From Vitrella brassicaformis CCMP3155 (lineage: Eukaryota > Protista > Chromerida): DNA of 64,000 nt. Location: positions 30,403 through 94,402 of the forward strand of contig CDMY01000378.1 in assembly GCA_001179505.1 (NCBI GenBank), written 5' to 3'. Below, in pieces: positions 1 through 13,016 of the stretch. Below the pieces are notes generated by a model. It ran no database searches and was not told where the DNA came from. It saw nothing but the letters and a program-made list of their open reading frames with translations. The stretch's first letter is position 1; each line of letters opens with the position of its first letter. The translations under genes and the position numbers were made by a program.

Positions 1-519
1 CTCACCCATCAGCGACACCAGCACACACAGCTTCTCCAGCTGCAGCAGAGTGTTCGTGTGTTGACGGAGGACGTAACAGCTGCAGAGAGATGACCACAGA
101 GAGGCCGAGGCCGAGGGTGGGGGCGGCTGGGGCTCTGCGGACTGCGGACTGCTCAAAGTAAAGCCTAGTGCCGCACACGCAGCAGCCCCAACCATCGACA
201 CAGCGGAACACACCAGCGAAAGAAGCCTCCCAGCGGCTGAGTCCGATAAGGTACACGATGTCGGCCTTGTGTTGGGATAGATCAGCCGCGCAAACAGGGC
301 TCCCGCAACGACGGCACACGCGAGGGAAGCCAGAGAGGCCAGCCCGCCCACTACAAAGCGCCAAAAGAGTGCGTCCCTGGCGAGTTGCTGACTGAATGAT
401 GCGATGATTGCCTCCTGCTCGTCCTCGTCGATAGGCGCAGTATCGGCATCAGCATTGGCATTGGCAGCGGCAGACGTCACCTTGTTCCTTCGCGCCTTCA
501 CTTCATCTGATGTCTGCAT
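1..519 (-). CDS. Hypothetical membrane protein, runs off the window edge
   Basis: Manual translation from ATG at 519 is open to base 1: MQTSDEVKARR...PIDEDEQEAIIASFSQQLARDALFWRFVVGGLASLASLACAVVAGALF...; an acidic helix followed by hydrophobic segments. Absent from the ORF track, probably because no stop lies in the window. Confidence 0.6.
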   Translation of the reverse strand, partial: MQTSDEVKARRNKVTSAAANANADADTAPIDEDEQEAIIASFSQQLARDALFWRFVVGGLASLASLACAVVAGALFARLIYPNTRPTSCTLSDSAAGRLLSLVCSAVSMVGAAACAALGFTLSSPQSAEPQPPPPSASASLWSSLCSCYVLRQHTNTLLQLEKLCVLVSLMGE

Positions 520-646
520 TCAGCCTCATATAATTCGATGAGTTACATATTCCCGATGTTTTCTGCAGAGCAGCACCAGCGGCCACGTGCAGTACGAGAG
601 GCCTCGCTCCTTGTTTCTTCCTCTTTCCGATGTGCAGATCTTTGCA

Positions 647-654
647 AGCTCGCA
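647..654. promoter_or_regulatory. Candidate promoter motif AGCTCGCA
   Basis: Between divergent starts 519 and 1011; the same 8-mer recurs in other divergent intergenic regions. Confidence 0.4.
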
Positions 655-1010
655 GGGAAGGAAAAGGAAGGCATCCGTGAAACCGCTCCTCCCCAGGAAA
701 AGGAAGGCCCGCTGGTTTCCCCCCTACAGGCGAAGAGCTAACGTCGAAGGTGAGTTGCACGCATTCTCATTGTCTTCATATCAGGAAGCACAAATATTGC
801 TGGCTGGCTCGTGCCGTGTTCTGTGATGTTCAGTCAGTGTGCCAGATCCACTCCACTCGTCTGCAAGTGCTCGTCGTCGACACGGTGACCATCTCTGCTT
901 TGACGGAGGTAGGTACATGGTTGCCAAACGACGAGTAGACAGGACGTCACGCAGAGAGGACGCAGAGATGTCTGCCTGTCTGTCCCCTGGGTGTAGGTGC
1001 AGACAAGCAG

Positions 1011-2828
1011 ATGGCGTCTACGTCGACTGTGGTGTTTGCTGCGACTGCGCCACCGCTGCTGCCGCGGGGATGGGTGAGACTGGATGCCGTGGAGACCCAG
1101 TTTGATGAGGGCACCAGCGATGTCACCCGTCGGCTTGCCATGGGCATCATCCACCGCACGCTCACCAGTGCCGCCGAGGTGACACAGCTCATACAGCAGG
1201 GGGCAAACCCAGATGTCCAGCTGCTGCTGACAAGAGGGCCGTACCAAGGACCCAGTCGCACGGGTTACCCTCTGCTGGCTCTTTCCATCGATGACATGAC
1301 CGACCACACCCTTGGCGCCATCGAGGCACTACGATCAGCGCAACAATGGTCAGTGACGTACACGCATCAGGGTGAAGTGAGTGCACGCATTCAATTTGCG
1401 TTCATGTGTGTCAGGTCTCCCGTCGCCATGCCTCGCTGGCTATCTACTGACCTCCAGGACGCCGTCATGAATGCCCTCATCGATGGCGGGGCTGACATGA
1501 ACGCGGCGGATATCCTTTCACAACACAGACCCCTCCAAGTCGCCGTGGCGGCGGGCAACCAGGCGGCACTCGGTCTTCTGATGGCGCGCAACGTACAGCT
1601 GCGAGGGTTCATGATAATGCAGCTGCCATTCGAGGCGGAAGTCACATTCCGTCCTACCCCTGCCCTCGAGAGCCAGCTGCTATGCATCTATCGCCGGCTT
1701 ATCCAACACGACAGCACACTGGCAGACGAAGGCAACGGATGGGGCTCATTCGACCATGTGATGCGTTCTGCAGCGATCAGAGGCAGAGAGTACTCGCCGG
1801 CCTTTCTCGATAGCTACCTGGATCTGCTGGTGGGCAACGGCGCGAACATTATGGCTGCGGACGGGGATGGCCAGACAGCATTCCATTGGGCGGCCTTCGC
1901 CGGGGCCCATCGCGTGATTCATTGGATGTCTCGGCACGTTTCGGCTGGGGAGATCAATAGACGGACGAATCAGGGTGCTGACGGATATACGGCCCTCGAC
2001 GGAGCTGCCTCTCAGCTCGACTGGTTCACCGAGTGGGTGCGGAGAGCCGACTTTGTGTCGGAAGAAGAGGAGGAGAACATTCGCAGGAGGATACCTGTCC
2101 AGAAGACTTGCATCCTTGTGCTGCTAAGAGGCGGTGCAGCCCCATCGATTGCCCACCTTCCTACAGCAACCGAGGCGGACCGCCGTCGCCGCCAGCTGGT
2201 GCTCACCGAGTACGCGACAGTGCTGAATGAGCTGCGTGATGTCGTCATGGAGGCGATCAACACCGCCCTCGCACCCCAGCGCGATTACTCGATGCTTCTC
2301 ACGCGTCTACTGCCCCTGGCGCCGCACCACGATGGCCACGCCACTCACCCATCCCCCTCCAACCTCTCATTCGGACCACAGGAGGCAGAGGCCATCGCAT
2401 GGCATGTCGAGTCATTCCTGTATCAGCCCTTAACAGCCATGGCGACCATCGATGAGTACCTGATTGGCGACTCGGTGCTGAGGCAGCATGTGCGGGCGGC
2501 CGTGGCGCAATTCGTCAGGCAGGCGGCCACACGTACGGCGAGCAATAGGGAGGTGGTGGGCGGGACGCGTCAAGAGGGCGGGCAGACGGTGCGCGTGCCT
2601 CCCTTGCAGTGCTTTGCCATTGGGAGCGGCAATGGGGCCCGTGCGGTGCGCATGGTGGGTGTGCGTGAGGTGGTGCATCGAGCCCGGCTGGACGAGGCGG
2701 ACCAACACGGCGTGGCGGGTGTGATCAAGGGCTTCAATGAGCATCTTGGGGATGGGGACTGCCAGTTTCAGTGGCAGCAGCTGGGGTACATGACCAGGGG
2801 CGTGTTCGTGTCGCTGGGCTTCACGTGA
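1011..2828 (+). CDS. Ankyrin-repeat protein, probably of a lineage-expanded family
   Basis: 605-aa ORF with ankyrin-like repeats (GADMNAAD...RPLQVAVAAGN; GANIMAADGDGQTAFHWAAFAG; GYTALDGAA). Contains a likely in-frame 66-nt intron at 1349-1414 (GTCAGT...TGTCAG). Confidence 0.85.
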   Translation: MASTSTVVFAATAPPLLPRGWVRLDAVETQFDEGTSDVTRRLAMGIIHRTLTSAAEVTQLIQQGANPDVQLLLTRGPYQGPSRTGYPLLALSIDDMTDHTLGAIEALRSAQQWSVTYTHQGEVSARIQFAFMCVRSPVAMPRWLSTDLQDAVMNALIDGGADMNAADILSQHRPLQVAVAAGNQAALGLLMARNVQLRGFMIMQLPFEAEVTFRPTPALESQLLCIYRRLIQHDSTLADEGNGWGSFDHVMRSAAIRGREYSPAFLDSYLDLLVGNGANIMAADGDGQTAFHWAAFAGAHRVIHWMSRHVSAGEINRRTNQGADGYTALDGAASQLDWFTEWVRRADFVSEEEEENIRRRIPVQKTCILVLLRGGAAPSIAHLPTATEADRRRRQLVLTEYATVLNELRDVVMEAINTALAPQRDYSMLLTRLLPLAPHHDGHATHPSPSNLSFGPQEAEAIAWHVESFLYQPLTAMATIDEYLIGDSVLRQHVRAAVAQFVRQAATRTASNREVVGGTRQEGGQTVRVPPLQCFAIGSGNGARAVRMVGVREVVHRARLDEADQHGVAGVIKGFNEHLGDGDCQFQWQQLGYMTRGVFVSLGFT

Positions 2829-3351
2829 AAAAAGGCTGAGTGGCTGTGGCTGACGGACGAGTGTTTTAATGCTGTCACTTTGCGTCACACAATAGAGGAT
2901 GGGTGCATGTGGTGGGGCTGAGGGGTTGACAGGGAGGGAGGCAGCCCGCTGCCTTGCTGTGGACCTGTGGCTGCATCGCTGCATGGCCGCTGATATGTCA
3001 TGGTATCTGTCTGTGAGCGTGTGCGTCTGTGTGTGTGTGCTTCGTGTGTGTATGTCATTCGTTCATTCATTCATTCATTCATTCGAGCGTCCTCATGAAC
3101 ACACTGCAGGTGACACACTTCGTCTTCACGTTGACTTGCCAATCAAATGTTTGCGTGGGCGCACCTCGATCTCATTGACAGATGACTGCTCGGCGATCAC
3201 GAGCCCGGAAAACCCCGAGGATCCATCGTAAACACAAACTAAGGCCGGAGGTCCCCGACGTGTGTTGCAGTTCACACAAGCTCTCTGCAAGCGACCTTCA
3301 GTGCAGAGGGCTTCCGCCGTAGATTGCCACCGTCCCGCCACCACACACGCC

Positions 3352-5069
3352 ATGGGGGAGAGGCGGTGCTTTGTGACGACTTGTTTCCATATCCAAGGCC
3401 ATGGATGTACGCGCAATGCATGTGGGAAGGGCGGTCCGGTAGTCATGGTGCATGGCGGGGCAATGCTGCCCATGCACAGCGCTGTTGTGACACGTGGGGG
3501 TTGTCGTGTCTCATGGTTTTCGTCGATGCGTCCATCTGTTTGTGTGGTGCAGGTTGGAAGGACGGCAAACCATACAACTACGTTAGCGGTGCGCACCAAG
3601 GTACACAACGCGCAGCGCACTGAAAGAGGCGGTGAGATACATAGCATTTCCGCCTCTTTCATCGTCTCCTGTGTGAACGTGCAGGAGCGCGACGCATTGC
3701 GGGCGGTGTGGGACGAAGTGCGGGAGGTAAAGACTTAATCAACACACACTGCATATTGGAGTGCGCGTGACATCGTGTTGTGTCCCTTTGTGTGGGTTTG
3801 CAATGCAGGTGTCGCTGATTTGTGCGGAGGCGGTCAAGAAGAGCTATGGGGAGGCGAAAGAGGCCATGTACAGGCCCTGGCTGCATGCCGCCTTCACCAA
3901 GTTGCACGCCCTCAACCTCACCCAGTTCGACAAGATCATGCTGCTCGATGCCGACACGCTCGTCAACCCATTCATGGTGATGAAGGAGTCGGCCGCCCGC
4001 ATCCAGGCGCGCGTCGAGAAGCTCTTCAGTGTGAGGACCCCTGCAGGTAGGTAGGTGGGGTGGATGTGCTGATTGATGACAATTTGATGTGGATGGCTTG
4101 TGATGTGATGCTCCTCTGCGTTGTATGTTGATCATGCAGGCTTGTGTTCGGACACGTTGGGTGGCGCTCAGGTGCACGGCACGCCGGTGTCAGAGGAGCA
4201 ACTGAAGGATGCCAAGGACAAAGGCTGGGGGATGAGGGGGTGTATCATGGCGCTCAAGTAAGACAGATCGGTGAGATGGGCAAGTGTGTGGTGGGTGGAT
4301 GCGCCTTGCAGGCCGTCGCGCGATTTGTTCGACAACTGCCTAGGAGAGCTCTCCAGCGTTAGATCATTAGTCAAGGGGCGCATCGGGCGATATGGAGACA
4401 AAGACAAATTCATAGGTGCGTCCACATCTATATCTAAGACTTGCTGCAGTGCGTGATGCCTGTCCATGTGTGTGTGGTTGGCAGGCCCGGACGAGTTGTT
4501 CTTCTCTACGGTGCTGCAGGACTGGCACCACCTGACCCCCAACGCGTGTGTCACCTCCTGGCACCTCAAAGAGGAAAGTGAGCGAAACGAGACACACATC
4601 TATATGGAGGGCTGTATATGTCTCCTCTCTTTGGTCTGGTGGTGTGCCCAGACGAGACCAAGGCCTTCTTTCTGCACATCGTGTCCGAGAAGGTGTTCAT
4701 GCCTCAGTTTGGCAAGAGGTGGCCCGATTATGGTAGGTTACGGTGGGCGGTGCGATGGTTGTTATGTGAGTGTGTGGGGGTTTGTTGCGGCCCTCAGACT
4801 TCTGGCTCAAGTGGGCCATTCAGTGCCGCGACGACCATCCTGAGACGCGCCTCTGGCTAGGCCACATCATCGAACGCACCATAAAGGTATGCTCGATATA
4901 CGAAACAAGAAAACCGGCCGACACACCAGATGGGGGATGACATCATTGCTCTGTTTTCCATTCTCAGGAGCCCATTACGTATCACCCCATGTACCGCTGG
5001 CCATTCGACCCTCTGGACAAGCCGATCAAACGGTTTCGCGAGGCCATCGCACAGGGGTACCCTCACTGA
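3352..5069 (+). CDS. GT8 family (glycogenin-like) glycosyltransferase, multi-exon
   Basis: Exon 3809-4047 encodes FTKLHALNLTQFDKIMLLDADTLV (GT8 signature with DxD). Later exons give GPDELFFS, FLHIVSEK and a terminal ...EAIAQGYPH-stop at 5067-5069. The 5' exons are uncertain. Confidence 0.75.
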
Positions 5070-5570
5070 TGGGCAGCGGCAGCAGGGAGGGAGACACTCA
5101 GACGCACAGACTATTGTGCGTGAGACAGACAGACAGATTGGTGTGGTGGGAGTGGGGTGCAGTCGTGTGGGTGCCGATTTCCAGTACATGCCCATGTAGA
5201 GATGGACGACACTCTGATGTGCACGCCACGCACGTGTGCATATACAAGACATGATTAAAAGGGTTCGACTACAAGCCACACACACATCGTCCAGTCCACC
5301 TGTCCATCCATCCATCAGCAACGTCTGTCTGACCGATGCCATCCATGAATGCACCATGGAAATCACGATCAGAACTGCACAACACACACATACCACCCCA
5401 CCCCACACATAGGGAGCCTAGCCTGCCCCTATCCACAGACAGACAGACAGACCGACAGACAGACATACCAGCGGGACAAAGGACAGGCTGGCCCGTCCGC
5501 GCCAAAAAAGAGGCGGGTGTGTTCGGTCAGCACACACCAAGAGCGACCCGTCCCGTCGGCACCCACCCCT

Positions 5571-7281
5571 TCACGCCCAGAGTGCCTTGCACTGCTCTTC
5601 CATGTCCTTGAAGGGCATCGTGGGCCGCTGCAGCCAATTGTCGCTGCACACATACACACAAAGGAGGACAGCAAACGATATGTAACAAGTGAGCCTCGGC
5701 CTCTGCTTGTGGTATCACCTGGACCACTGGCAGTCGTCCTGCTCCACAATGTGCAGCGTGTAGGCGTGCCTGCGAAGGGCAAAAACAGGGCAAACAGACG
5801 CCTTCCATTCATGTGGGCGCCCCTGCCTGGGTATGTCCCCAGCTACCTACCGTGATGTGTTGGAGTAGTTGTGTTCGCTGAAGTGCACGAGGGTGCCGTG
5901 CAGCAGGACCAGCGTCCCCTTGGGCACCTCCAACGGCACTGCATTCGTTCAGGAATGCATCACACATACGAGGCAATCGATCGCCAAAGGGCAAACCATC
6001 CTGCGATGAATCCTTGCCCTCTGCCTACCTGCATTGTCGATGTCGTATGTGCCAGGTCTGTCGTAAGCTGCGCACGCACACGCTCACATAGTGTACAGTA
6101 CAGTGCACCAGATAACCGATTGTGGCAGCCCACCTGCACTCGTTCTGTCCTCATTGAGGAGAAATCTCTTCAGGATGCCCTTCTTGTGAGAGCCCTACAC
6201 GGACAGGCAGCCACACATGCACACATGGACATGACAGATCGGCTGCCCAGCCCATGAGCCGGACGTCGACTCACTCACCGGCACAGCATAAAGGCAGCCG
6301 TTGGTCTTGTTTGCGTCCTCGAGCGCTATCCAAACACCTGCACACACACAGGCGGAAGGCAGACACCTCCATACATCACAGATCGCATAGAGAGTGCTCG
6401 ACTGTCTGTCTGTCTGTCTGTCTCACCGAGGCATGACGGTGGGTCGGTGTGGATGAAGGATGAGTCCTGGTGGGGCGTCACGCTGCCTCCTGCATACACG
6501 GGGATCATCCACCAGTGTGATGAGTGGATGGCCATGTGTGTGGGTGTGTGTGGCGTACCGACTGCAGGCTGCTTGAAGATGTACATTGACTGCACTACTG
6601 CTGGGCGCCGGTAGCCTGCAGGGATGGTATGCATACGAAGCACCCACCAACGAGCGAGTAAACGGGCAGATAGAGGTCAGAGTGCTCTCTCTCTCACCGA
6701 CCCAGCGCCTTGCAGGCATTCAGCAACACAGGATGGTAGCTGAACTTCCCTGACACACACACACACACACACAGACACACAGCAGGTAGACAGGAAGCAA
6801 CAAACACATCCATGTGTTGATCCACGCGCAGAGTACTGCCCTCTCTTGTCCATCCATTGACGGAGACTGACTGAATGTGTCGTCGAGGTCATGCATGGCA
6901 TGGCCCATCTTGTTGATGGCCAGCCTCTTGTCCACCCGCAGCCTCCCATCCTCGTCAAAGGCGTCCTTCTCAAAAAACATGCGGATCTTGTCGCCGGACG
7001 ACAGGAAGTACTCATCGCTCTGGTGTGACAGACGCTCTGATCCATCACACCCATACACAGACCGCAGATGAGATGCAATCTGCCGTGATGCTTCCATCGA
7101 TTCATGATCGTCCCGTACCTGTTTCGAAAGTTGATTTGTGCGAGTCCGCGTCGAAGCCACTCACGATCTGCCCCGTGCGGCTGACCAGTGAGTCGATTTC
7201 ATCGTCGGTGTATGCACCGGGAATGACCAAGTAGCCATCCCTATTGAACTTCTCCACATCCACAGCGCTGATCTGCGGCAT
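5571..7281 (-). CDS. Phytanoyl-CoA dioxygenase family (PHYHD1-like) Fe/2OG dioxygenase, multi-exon
   Basis: [22 protein letters not shown]; [19 protein letters not shown]...[13 protein letters not shown]; QSMYIFKQP; PHQD (HxD iron motif); C-terminal [10 protein letters not shown]. Confidence 0.9.
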
Positions 7282-7335
7282 TCTTCAGCCTCAGATCTTT
7301 GACATGTGTCCGTTCTGCTGTTCCTTCGGCTTCTG

Positions 7336-7360
7336 TGCGAGCTCAGCTCAGGTGCGAGCT
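7336..7360. promoter_or_regulatory. Two direct copies of TGCGAGCT in an 83-bp divergent intergenic region
   Basis: 7336-7343 and 7353-7360, between ATGs at 7281(-) and 7365(+). Confidence 0.5.
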
Positions 7361-7364
7361 CAAA

Positions 7365-10107
7365 ATGTCAGGGCTGTGGACGATGGCGACAAGGAAGGAG
7401 GTAGAGCAACAAGGCCCGAGCAGGGCCGCCGAAAAACGCACTTGTGCTGACCATGCTCTGCAGCAGTGCCTCGCCGGGCTCACGGCGAAGCTCTCGCGGC
7501 TGGCGGCGCTGCAGGAACGCATCAAAAAGCTGAACCACAAGGTCAGTGAAGCATTACATCGACATGAAAACTCCACCCGTTGCAATGCATGTGTTGGTTG
7601 TTTAATTTCCACCAGGCTGAGAGAGTATTTGAGGCGGCGCATGCAAAAGAAGAGTTCTCGGAGGAAAGTGACACAACAACACAGGTGAGGAGGGCGGCGC
7701 ACACCACCAACACCAAGGCATCATTTCAAGTCGCTTCCTGTCATCATCAGTCTGTTCGGGGTCAGTGTGAGGTCCTGCTCGCCGTCCTGACCGGCCTGCA
7801 GGATGACGGCAAGAATGTGCACGAGATGGAATCCCTCGTCTGCCTGGCAAACGCCAAATGCGACCTCATCACTGCCATGATACAACAGCCGGTATGCAGG
7901 CAGACAGAGGGAGTTCCACGGACTCTAGCCTGGCCTGGCACCTATCGTTTGTGTGCGCGCATGTTTGGTCAGTCATTCGCCCCTTCACCCCTCCTCACGC
8001 TCCCCGAGTGCTGCTTCACCAGCTACATCGGTCCCCTTCTCGGCACACGATCCATCATCGGCAGACTGGCCCTCTCAAACACGGCGCTGCACGCCCTCTC
8101 GCGCAAGCCAACCACGCACCAGACGCTGCACCTTCGCCCGCAGTCGAAACGGTTCGACTGGGACACACCGGTTGACCTGACCGACAAGCAGGTTGCTGCT
8201 TGGCGTGCCGCTTTCCGCAAGACAAAGCGGGCGGTGGTGGGGTGTGCGCCGAGGATGGGATTGGTTCACCTGCTCGAGCATGCGAGGGAGGCTCTGACGG
8301 AGCTGGAGGCGTGGTCAGATGCTCATTATGTGGACGACGGCAGGTCACTGGAGCGGCGGGAAGAGACAGAGGGGGACATCGCCTTCTCCCTGCTGGCTCG
8401 CGTCAAGGTGGCGGGCTGGTGGATCTGTGTGGCAAACCGTCGAAGATGGACAGCCATGTAGGTGACTTCGAGGTGATCAAGAGACAGCTGGCCATGCACA
8501 CACACACACACACACGAATGTGTGCTGCGGGTTTTTGTCAGGTCTTTGACTGACGTCCACCTTCGCAACCTGCTCATCCCACAACATCACCAGTCTGAGT
8601 GGATGCAGTCTCATCCCGCGTTTCAGTCGTGTGCCGGCTACGGCGGAATGGATTGCAATCGCTGGCTGATCGGGCCAGGGCCACATTCTGTCAACCTGGA
8701 GGATGCACGTTCCTCAGGTGGCTGGGTGGGCGGGGAGCCGAATGGGTGGCGTATGGACGATCTGACATCCTTCATCACGCCTTCCATCACGTGAGGGAGA
8801 AGACTACCTACCTATGCACTCACTGCACATTCATTCTCTGTTTGTCTGTCGGCCAGGCGGATCAGATATTCGAGGCTACACCCGACAGACACCTGGTGGC
8901 GGCCATTCCGAGACTGCAGCTCGAAGAGCTTGACGCGTGCATCGACCGAACCGATGGCCCTGTCATAGAGGTCAGGACAAACAGACAGACAGAGTGCTGC
9001 GCACGGGCATCAAGAGTGCCCTTGGTGCTTGTTTGGTGTTTGCAGGGCTTGGAGGTGCTGCGATCGATGTTCGTGGCTCCCACCGGCAAGCTGACCGTCG
9101 CCTGCCGGGCCTTCGTCATGTTCGACACATTGCGAGAACTGGGCCACCTGGAGCTCCACCCTCTCTGGAGCGACACCCTCACTCAGCTCGGATCTGCCGC
9201 CCGACGTGTCGCATTCCCTTCCGGGCTGCCGAAGGGAGCGGCTGTCCCATCCGCTGTCATGCGTCACGTGCCGCACATGATGTTTTCGCATGCTCAGCAG
9301 CTTCTGCTTCAGGGGGCAGGGGCCGACTCTATCACCCTTCCTAGCGTCTTTCTGTCACACATTTCTGACCGCAACTTTCCCCGTGTGTACACCATGGATC
9401 TGGGAGAGGCCAGGGGGGTGAGGCAGGAGGCAGTCAGCAAGGCCGTAGATCTCAAGCTACTGAGATTGATCCGTTTTGAGCGGAGGACGCCACAGCTTGG
9501 GTGGTTTCTCTTTCCTCTCTGTCTCGCCAGGTGCGGCAAGACAGGCCCGACTCTTACTCTATCAGCCCACTATGACAACCAGCAGGCCCCCAGTTTAAGT
9601 GTGCGTAGATGGTCGTTGTGGGAGCGCGGGGGCGCGCAGAAGAGAGGCATAGAGAAGCGCGTAGAGAGAATCGATGTCCATCTTCGTTGGTGCCACAAAG
9701 GGAATGCAGACGAGTCCCGTTTGTTGTCTGTCTGCCTGGAGGCGATCGACAAGTGCCCATTCCTCGACTGTATTTGCCTCCACGGCTTCTCTCTCGATCA
9801 GCTAGGCAGCGACATCCCCGGCAAGCACGCACTGTTTTCGCATGGCTTTGTCGCCGTGCAGAAAACGTACGATTGCCTTGAGCTTTGTCGCGTGTTTGGC
9901 TGCGTGTTTCCCCGATGTATGGCTGAGCACGTGTCTCCCCTCCCTGCCTCTGCCGTTTTGGCGCCCCCCCGATCATCGATGGACGACAGCGCGTCTCTGT
10001 CAGAGGCTGTGCTGTCGCACATTGGTGTGCGCTTCCCTCGTCTGGTAGCCAGGCACCTCAGGAAGGAGAGAGAGAAGGCCATCTTTAGAGAGGTGCGTGC
10101 CAACTGA
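7365..10107 (+). CDS. Hypothetical protein: N-terminal coiled coil, weak F-box-like segment, lineage-specific C-terminus; multi-exon
   Basis: Coding-like exons in ORFs 7299-7688, 7580-8461 and 8599-10107, separated by GT-AG introns. LLTLPECCFTSYIGPLL resembles an F-box start. No catalytic motif recognised. Confidence 0.55.
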
Positions 10108-10536
10108 TGTCTCAGGACATCTCAAAGTGCATCGGCAAGTTTGAGCATGCCGCGATGGAAAGTGACGCCCGCAGACTTTATCTGATGAGGCGTGATGTAG
10201 TCTGCGGGCGTCGTGGGGGTCGGGTGCCCTAGTGATGTGAGGGGGTGGATGTGTGAAGAGCGTGGGTGTCTTTTAATGAATGGGTTACACGATTGAATTG
10301 AAATGCACATCCGGAAAGAAAAGAAAATCATGCACTCTGCCTCGAGCTCCATAGGTCTCCTCGTGTGTCGCAAACAGGCCAACGTCGCATCACATCACAT
10401 CACATCCACACACACACACACACTTAAACAAACACACACACAAACGCCAGGCTTCACATGGACGAGACACACACAGGTCGTTAAGACCATCACCTACGCC
10501 AAAAACAACAAGTGTGGCTATCTATCAGACAGCCGC

Positions 10537-10841
10537 TCACCCCCTCTTGTCAGCGATCTCCTCGAGTATGCGACAGACGACCTCCAAACACGGCTGCACC
10601 GTGGATATCTGCACCCTCTCGTCGGGCGAGTGGGCACCAGTGATGGTGGGGCCAAACGACACCATATCCATCCCTGACACAGACAGCCACACACACATCC
10701 ACCCAACACACGACACACACGTGTATGGACGCGTTGAACAAGGGGTGTTCCTCCTCTTCTTGCCTGGCAGCTTCTCGCCGAGCACGCCACACTCAAGGCC
10801 GGCATGCAGTGCAACCACATGAGGCTCGCGGCCCAACACAG

Positions 10842-10877
<36 letters not shown>

Positions 10878-12651
10878 GCAAGGCAAGTCAGGTCAGGGCA
10901 TCACCCAGCGTGGCTGCTGTCCTTCCTTCTCTCTCCACATACCTTCATCTTGCTTTCTGTGATCTTGAGCAGCTCGCTGGCGTTGTTTGGCGGCCATCCG
11001 GGGTACATTGGTGGCTGATCGACCTCTATGGCGCCAAACTGCCTGGCCAGCACCGCTAGGTCGTCTCTGATGGCCTGGAGAGCGCACCCATGAAACGACC
11101 GCGAAGAGCAGCCGATCGTATAGGCTGAAAGCACGGCCAAGCAAGGACGACAATGACGTGCATGGGGTGGCAAGATCCTTAGCGATTCACCTGAGTCATC
11201 GGTCCTCTTGATGGACGCCACGTTGTTACTGGTCTCAGGCACTCCAGCCACACTGTGAGAGGTCTTCTGCACACCGTGTGGCAGCACACGCAGCAGATTG
11301 ACCAGGGTGAAGGCAGACGAGCTCGATAGACACGAAGACGGGTGGGCCTGCCCCCCACACACAAGCAGACGTCGTCATTTCTGCCAGGAATAGGGCTTGC
11401 TTGTTGGTTGTTTGCTCACCTCGGACGATGGCGTCACCTCGATCGTCATGTCTGGCTCCATCAGGCCATACTCCTGCGTCAGAGCCGTCATCGACGTCCG
11501 CACACTGGCATCCACAGCCTCGCTGGACGATGGACGAACGGCGATCACGGCTGACGCCTCCCGTGCGATTGCATTCCTCTTGTCGCCGCCACCGATGTCG
11601 ACAGCCTTGACGCCATGCATGCTGATCAAGGGGGCGAGGACTCTCGCCAGCAGCTTGACCGCATTGCCTCGATCCTCGTGGATGTTGATGCCTACAGGCA
11701 CACAGACAGACACCGGCCCATATGCAGATGGCGACATTTGAATGGCTTTGAATCACCTGAGTGTCCTCCTTTCAGCCCGGCGATCCGCAAAGTGCTGATC
11801 TGCCAGTCGCCATGCAGCCTCTCCAGCGTCACAGGCATGACGATTCGCGTGTCGCCGCCGCCAGCGCAGCCGACCGTGACCTCACCCCATGATTCAGAGT
11901 CGAGATTCAGCATGTACTTGCCCGTCAGAATGGCCGGATCCAAGTCACGCGCGCCATTCAAACCTGAGACAGATGTACACACACGACAAAGATGCATTAT
12001 ACCGATACTCTGGATGATGGGGACGGGTTGCACACACCTGTTTCCTCGTCCACGGTGAAGAGGCACTCGAGAGGCGGCAGTTTGGCGTCCGCAGGGGCAG
12101 CCAGAAGGGCCAATGCCATGGCGCACCCCACCCCGTTGTCAGCCCCAAGTGTCGTCCCATCGGCTCCCAGCCAGTCGTCACTGCTCTTGACGAGCTTGAT
12201 CGGATCATTGAAGAAATCGTGATCACGATCAGCATTCTTCTCGGTCACCTGACGAGTGGAAGGAAAGAGCCAGCGCGTCCCCGTTGCGTGAGCCATGATG
12301 GTGGGTCTGTGTATGGGGTTCACCATGTCGACGTGGCCCTGGATGACCACTGTGGGTGCGTTCTCGCCTCCCCCAGATCCTGCCCGCCTGATAACGACGT
12401 TGCCGGCCTTGTCCTGCACAAACGTCAGCTTGTGCTTCTCAGCATAAGACTTCAAAAACTGCAGTATGCGGCCTGAACATGACCCACAAGCACCAAGCAT
12501 CACTCACCTCACTGCAGATGTGTCCAGCTGTCTTTCTACCTTCATGTTTGCTCGGTCTGGGTATGTTTGCAATGATCTTGAAGTTCTTCCACACAGGCGT
12601 GGACTCCAGCAGACTCTCGAGCTCAAGGTTTGTCGCAGCATGCCCATTCAT
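10537..12651 (-). CDS. pepD: Aminoacyl-histidine dipeptidase / cytosol non-specific dipeptidase (peptidase M20C), multi-exon
   Basis: IPRPSKHE; VIQGHVDMV; TTLGADNGVG; FTVDEETG; LNLDSE; GGHSG.NIHEDRGNA; SFGPTITGAHSPDERV. All metal-ligand motifs are present. Confidence 0.93.
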
Positions 12652-12909
12652 CCTCACACGGGTCTGTGTGGCGAAAGGGACGCGTAATCGCTGGCCGAGG
12701 AATGCGGCTCGAGAAGAGCGCAGTGCGACGAACGCCAGGGGCAAGAGGAAGCAGCAGACGACAAACAGACAGACAGACAATCTCGGAAGGATGCAGCGTA
12801 AAGATGATACGAAGTGGAGATCTGAGCGTCCACGCTTGGAATTGTGCATACGAGGCTGTAGGAAAAGGAAAAGGAAAAGGAAAAGGCTCAAGTTTTCCTC
12901 AGGCTAGTA

Positions 12910-12933
12910 AGCTCGCAACCGATCGTGCGAGCT
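12910..12933. promoter_or_regulatory. Inverted pair AGCTCGCA-N8-TGCGAGCT in a divergent intergenic region
   Basis: Perfect 8-bp inverted repeat between the pepD start (12651) and 13017. Confidence 0.5.
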
Positions 12934-13016
12934 TTCGTTAACCTCACGGGGACCTTCCGGAGGCCAGGGATCTCACAGGACGTCAGCAGAGATCTCTAGC
13001 GAGTCTAAGTGCACCC

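Noticed and set aside
1349-1414. Apparent protein insertions in long ORFs (also 23792-23881, 44716-44790, 45364-45462)
   Set aside because: Each is a stop-free GT-AG intron with length a multiple of 3; removal restores family motifs such as KTSSGKVRR and DYGVVDRRLG.
3352-12651. GT8, PhyH dioxygenase and PepD as tailoring enzymes of a PKS gene cluster
   Set aside because: They lie 30-40 kb from the PKS with kinesin and other unrelated genes between; no evidence of co-regulation. Cannot be excluded without expression data.
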